The position numbers and the translations under genes are program-made. The notes below the pieces were generated by a model. That model ran no database searches, was not told where the DNA came from, and worked only from the letters and a program-made list of their open reading frames with translations. Source: a virus (Duplodnaviria > Caudoviricetes). From it: a stretch of 64,000 bases of DNA. The stretch is from IMG/VR virus record IMGVR_UViG_3300011335_000457, positions 1-64,000 of that record; one strand, written 5' to 3'. Below, piece by piece: positions 63,887 to 64,000 of the stretch. Numbering within the stretch: the first letter of the stretch is position 1; each line of letters starts with the position of its first letter.

Positions 63887-63921
63887 TTTAAAATTTAGTA
63901 TATTTAATTATAAGAAATACT

Positions 63922-64000
63922 ATGAAAGTAAGAATATATAAAGCCCCTAATGGTAAGGGTATGTTTAAATCATCAATGCCTAAAGCAAGAGAAGGTGCTG
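63922..64000 (+). CDS. Start of next gene, truncated at window edge
   Basis: MKVRIYKAPNGKG... preceded by the GTATATT motif. Confidence 0.55.
   Translation, partial: MKVRIYKAPNGKGMFKSSMPKAREGA

Larger units (their letters stand above)
233..63911 (+). promoter_or_regulatory. Dispersed putative late-promoter motif TTT(A/T)GTATATT-N-TAT
   Basis: Copies near 233, 23850, 25938, 28509, 39831, 48072, 53091, 55169, 63894, each 15-45 nt before a plus-strand operon start. Confidence 0.55.

Noticed and set aside
1-64000. Stop-codon reassignment (TAG to Gln or TGA to Trp), known in some crAss-like phages
   Set aside because: Large genes (TerL, portal, capsid, 1827-aa muzzle) are intact in the standard code, and TAG/TGA serve as normal stops followed by coupled starts

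Overview
The window is a 64-kb part of a strongly AT-rich, crAss-like (Crassvirales-related) phage genome. The host is probably a Bacteroidota species, inferred from TAnnTTTG promoter boxes, a Bacteroidota-type ClpS and lipoproteins. There are two divergent arms. The left arm (about 1-23,230) is almost all minus strand and holds dozens of small early/accessory ORFs plus an SF2 helicase, a ParB-like protein, HNH nucleases, ClpS, a metallophosphoesterase and SSB-like proteins. It also has a structured-RNA-rich zone (17.9-20.9 kb) containing an aberrant tRNA-like element. The right arm (about 23,870-64,000) is plus strand and holds a candidate Acb2/Tad1-like protein, a GroES-like protein, lysis genes, a PD-(D/E)XK nuclease, terminase, portal, major capsid protein, ring, ferritin-like and auxiliary capsid genes, Cys-rich tail proteins and the muzzle gene. 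The most striking non-standard structures are: (1) a ~16-nt stop/start junction repeat (AAATCAGAATAAGATG) at 11 gene boundaries, with a modular MKQTAVEWL...QAKAMEKEQ...TFKSE mini-protein family and a stranded helicase 5' fragment, suggesting cassette shuffling; (2) an array of eight promoter-gene-terminator units with a phage-specific promoter; (3) an HNH gene flanked by 11-nt direct repeats inside a cluster of structured RNAs; (4) recurrent xxGG motifs in basic virion-module proteins; (5) a hairpin whose loop is antisense to recurring AAACCAAC leaders. No DNA or RNA polymerase, integrase, reverse transcriptase or CRISPR array is visible in this window. All product calls come from motif recognition by eye, not database searches.
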